Shown here one piece after another: positions 62,100 through 64,000 of a DNA stretch of 64,000 nt. The first letter of the stretch is position 1; each line of letters begins with the position of its first letter. The position numbers were made by a program, and so were the translations under genes. The notes below the pieces were generated by a model. The model made no database searches. It saw nothing but the letters and a program-made list of their open reading frames with translations, and was not told the DNA's origin. The stretch comes from Candidatus Altimarinota bacterium (lineage in GTDB: Bacteria; Patescibacteriota; Gracilibacteria; CAIRYL01; GCA-016699755). The stretch lies in contig OY760935.1 of the NCBI GenBank assembly GCA_963664295.1, positions 544,001 through 608,000 on the forward strand, written 5' to 3'.

Positions 62100-62548
62100 A
62101 ATCCAATGAAAAATGCGAGCAAGCCTGAAACGCTCAGGTTTCCTACTCGAACCCACGGGTTCTTATCTCTGTTTCTCATTCGCAGGAGCAAAACCTCGTG
62201 CCTTTGGCACGAGAACTTGCTCCTGGCGGGACACTCGGGTCTCCTACCTTTTTGGGTAAAAATGAGAAGATGCAAAAAAATAGCGAACGCCAGTGAGCGA
62301 GAGGGGTGAATTGGGCGGGCGTGTACCGCCCAAGAGGGGCGACGCTAGCCCCTTATAATTGGCGGAGAGAACGGGATGCTCATTTTTTCGGAGCTTTGCT
62401 CCTCAAAAATAAGGCCTTCTGCGCTCGCTCGGAATTTTGCGCAAGCACAAATTCACTCGCTCGCTTGAGTGTCGAACCCACGGGTTCTTATCTCTGTTTC
62501 TCATTCGCAGGAGCAAAACCTCGTGCCTTTGGCACGAGAACTTGCTCC
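62100..62548 (-). repeat. tRNA-Ser downstream modules
   Basis: 18-bp tRNA 3' end copy at 62360-62377; 83-bp exact direct repeat at 62147-62229 and 62472-62554. Confidence 0.88.
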
Positions 62549-62636
62549 TGGCGGAGAGAACGGGATTCGAACCCGTGGTGACTTTCGCCACACACGCTTT
62601 CCAAGCGTGCGCATTCGACCACTCTGCCATCTCTCC
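62549..62636 (-). tRNA. tRNA-Ser(GGA)
   Basis: GGAGAGA..CACGC-TT-GGA-AA-GCGTG, long variable arm, GGTTCGAATCC, TCTCTCC-G-CCA. Confidence 0.97.
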
Positions 62637-62654
62637 TTAGTTTAATATTTTTTC

Positions 62655-62717
62655 TGACTTGCGCACGCTTGTTTTTTGCGTGCTCTATTCATATTGCGAC
62701 CACTCTGCCATCTCTCC
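62655..62717 (-). pseudogene. Degenerate upstream copy of the tRNA-Ser 5' portion
   Basis: First 21 nt identical; anticodon stem GCACGC/GCGTG kept with an A-rich loop; no T-arm. Confidence 0.7.
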
Positions 62718-62791
62718 TGAAAAATCAAGATACAAAAAAGACGCTTTTAATTTATATTTTTCGCGCCTTTTAATCAAACAAAATTATTTAT

Positions 62792-62980
62792 CTATGCTTT
62801 ATTTAATGTTTTTAAGCATTTTGTGCATATTTTTTTTCTTGAAAATGCTTTTTTTACAGGATCCCAAATTCTTTTTCTAATCAAATTTGGCAAAAATTTT
62901 CTTTTTGTCCTGCGAACAGAATGACTAACATTATTTCCTGTTGAGCTTTTTTTCCCGCACATTTCACATACTTTTGCCAT
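62792..62980 (-). CDS. rpmB: 50S ribosomal protein L28
   Basis: CEMCGK...GNNVSHS.RRTKRKFLPNL..CTKCLK. Confidence 0.97.
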   Translation of the reverse strand: MAKVCEMCGKKSSTGNNVSHSVRRTKRKFLPNLIRKRIWDPVKKAFSRKKICTKCLKTLNKA

Positions 62981-63043
62981 TGTTTTTTTTAATATATCTT
63001 TTAAAATGCTAAGAGATTTTCTATTATTTTTCGTATTTAGTCA

Positions 63044-63685
63044 ATGAATTTTTTAGGTTTTGAGTCTTTAACAGGTTTACTTATATTTTCAGCTATATTT
63101 TTATTCTCTATTTCTTTCCATGAAGCTGCTCATGCTTATGTGGCTTATCAGCTTGGTGATCCTACTGCAAAAATAAATGGTAGAATTACTTTAAATCCAC
63201 TTAAGCATCTTGACCTTCTTGGTGCTTTGGCATTTTTCATTATTGGTGTTGGCTGGGCTAAACCTGTACCTATCAATCCTAATAATTTTCAAAATCGCAG
63301 AAAAGGCATTATGCTCAGCTCTCTTGCTGGTCCTGTGTCTAATTTCTTTCTTGCTTTATGTGGTGGATTACTATTTGCAATTGCTATAAATTTTTCCTGG
63401 CTCTTACTTGTTGCTATTGCCAATGGAATTATTTTTATTAACACCTTGTTAATGATTTTTAATTTAATTCCTATTCCTCCTTTGGATGGAGCTGGGGTTT
63501 TGGGATATTTTATTCCTCGTAGATATCGCGAACAATGGAACAATTTTGAAGAAAATGGCTCAATGGTCTTACTTATCATCATTGGTATTCAGTTCTTTTT
63601 TAATATTCCTATTTTTTATTGGATTATCTTTGTTCCTGCTAATTATATTATGTACTTTATTAAGCTTATTTCAGGTATTTTCTAA
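63044..63685 (+). CDS. Site-2 protease (M50 family)
   Basis: HEAAH, LAGPVSN, FNLIPIPPLDG. Confidence 0.95.
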   Translation: MNFLGFESLTGLLIFSAIFLFSISFHEAAHAYVAYQLGDPTAKINGRITLNPLKHLDLLGALAFFIIGVGWAKPVPINPNNFQNRRKGIMLSSLAGPVSNFFLALCGGLLFAIAINFSWLLLVAIANGIIFINTLLMIFNLIPIPPLDGAGVLGYFIPRRYREQWNNFEENGSMVLLIIIGIQFFFNIPIFYWIIFVPANYIMYFIKLISGIF

Positions 63686-64000
63686 GTTTTTCACTATTCG
63701 TACTCGCTCTATTTTTTTGTCCCCCATTTTATCAACCACAATATATATTCCACCTAAGTCGATTTTTTCACCATTTTTTGGAAAACGACCTAATTTTTCT
63801 AGTACTATCAATGAAATTGCTTTTGAATCATCAGGATCAATGCTAATGCCAACATGATTTTCTATTTCATCTAAAGTTGCATTGGCTTCTGCTAGCCAAG
63901 AATTTTCAGATACTTTTTTAATATGGTCTATTGGTATGTCTGACTCATCTTCTATTTCTCCAAAAATTTCTTCCATAAGATCTTCAAGTGTACAAAGACC
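63671..64000 (-). CDS. Hemolysin/CorC-family CBS protein, C-terminal part (partial)
   Basis: GLCTLEDLMEEIFGEIEDE followed by the transporter-associated domain (LGRFPK.GE). Confidence 0.88.
   Translation of the reverse strand, partial: GLCTLEDLMEEIFGEIEDESDIPIDHIKKVSENSWLAEANATLDEIENHVGISIDPDDSKAISLIVLEKLGRFPKNGEKIDLGGIYIVVDKMGDKKIERVRIVKNLENT

Overview
AT-rich bacterial chromosome segment, standard code 11. Gene content points to Patescibacteria/CPR, probably Peregrinibacteria-like (inference from: no rpmD in the spc cluster, unlinked 16S rRNA, VirD4- and VirB6-like membrane proteins, many orphan ORFs). Core genes include an ECF sigma factor, gatCA, gyrB-rnpA-rpmH, pcrA, uvrA, comM, two GT4 glycosyltransferases, nadK, miaA, a Kef-type antiporter, the rplP-to-adk ribosomal cluster, dcd, ndk, rnj and rpmB, plus a lone 16S rRNA, six tRNAs and a type II-like restriction-modification pair beside tRNA-Tyr. 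The most striking unexplained signal is non-coding: five of six tRNA genes carry adjacent tRNA-derived copies. Gly, Lys and Ser have a conserved 156-189 bp structured module ending in a duplicated T-arm/acceptor whose T-loop is split by an insertion; Glu has three shrunken cloverleaf mimics; Tyr has CCA-ended minihelices. Other oddities: a 16S tail without the canonical anti-Shine-Dalgarno, a 32-aa tandem-repeat protein, REPIN-like arrays bracketing a four-gene membrane cassette (one array sits behind an orphan consensus promoter), and a boxA/terminator leader before a GC-richer LRR-like gene. All calls are by eye from the sequence; no searches were run.
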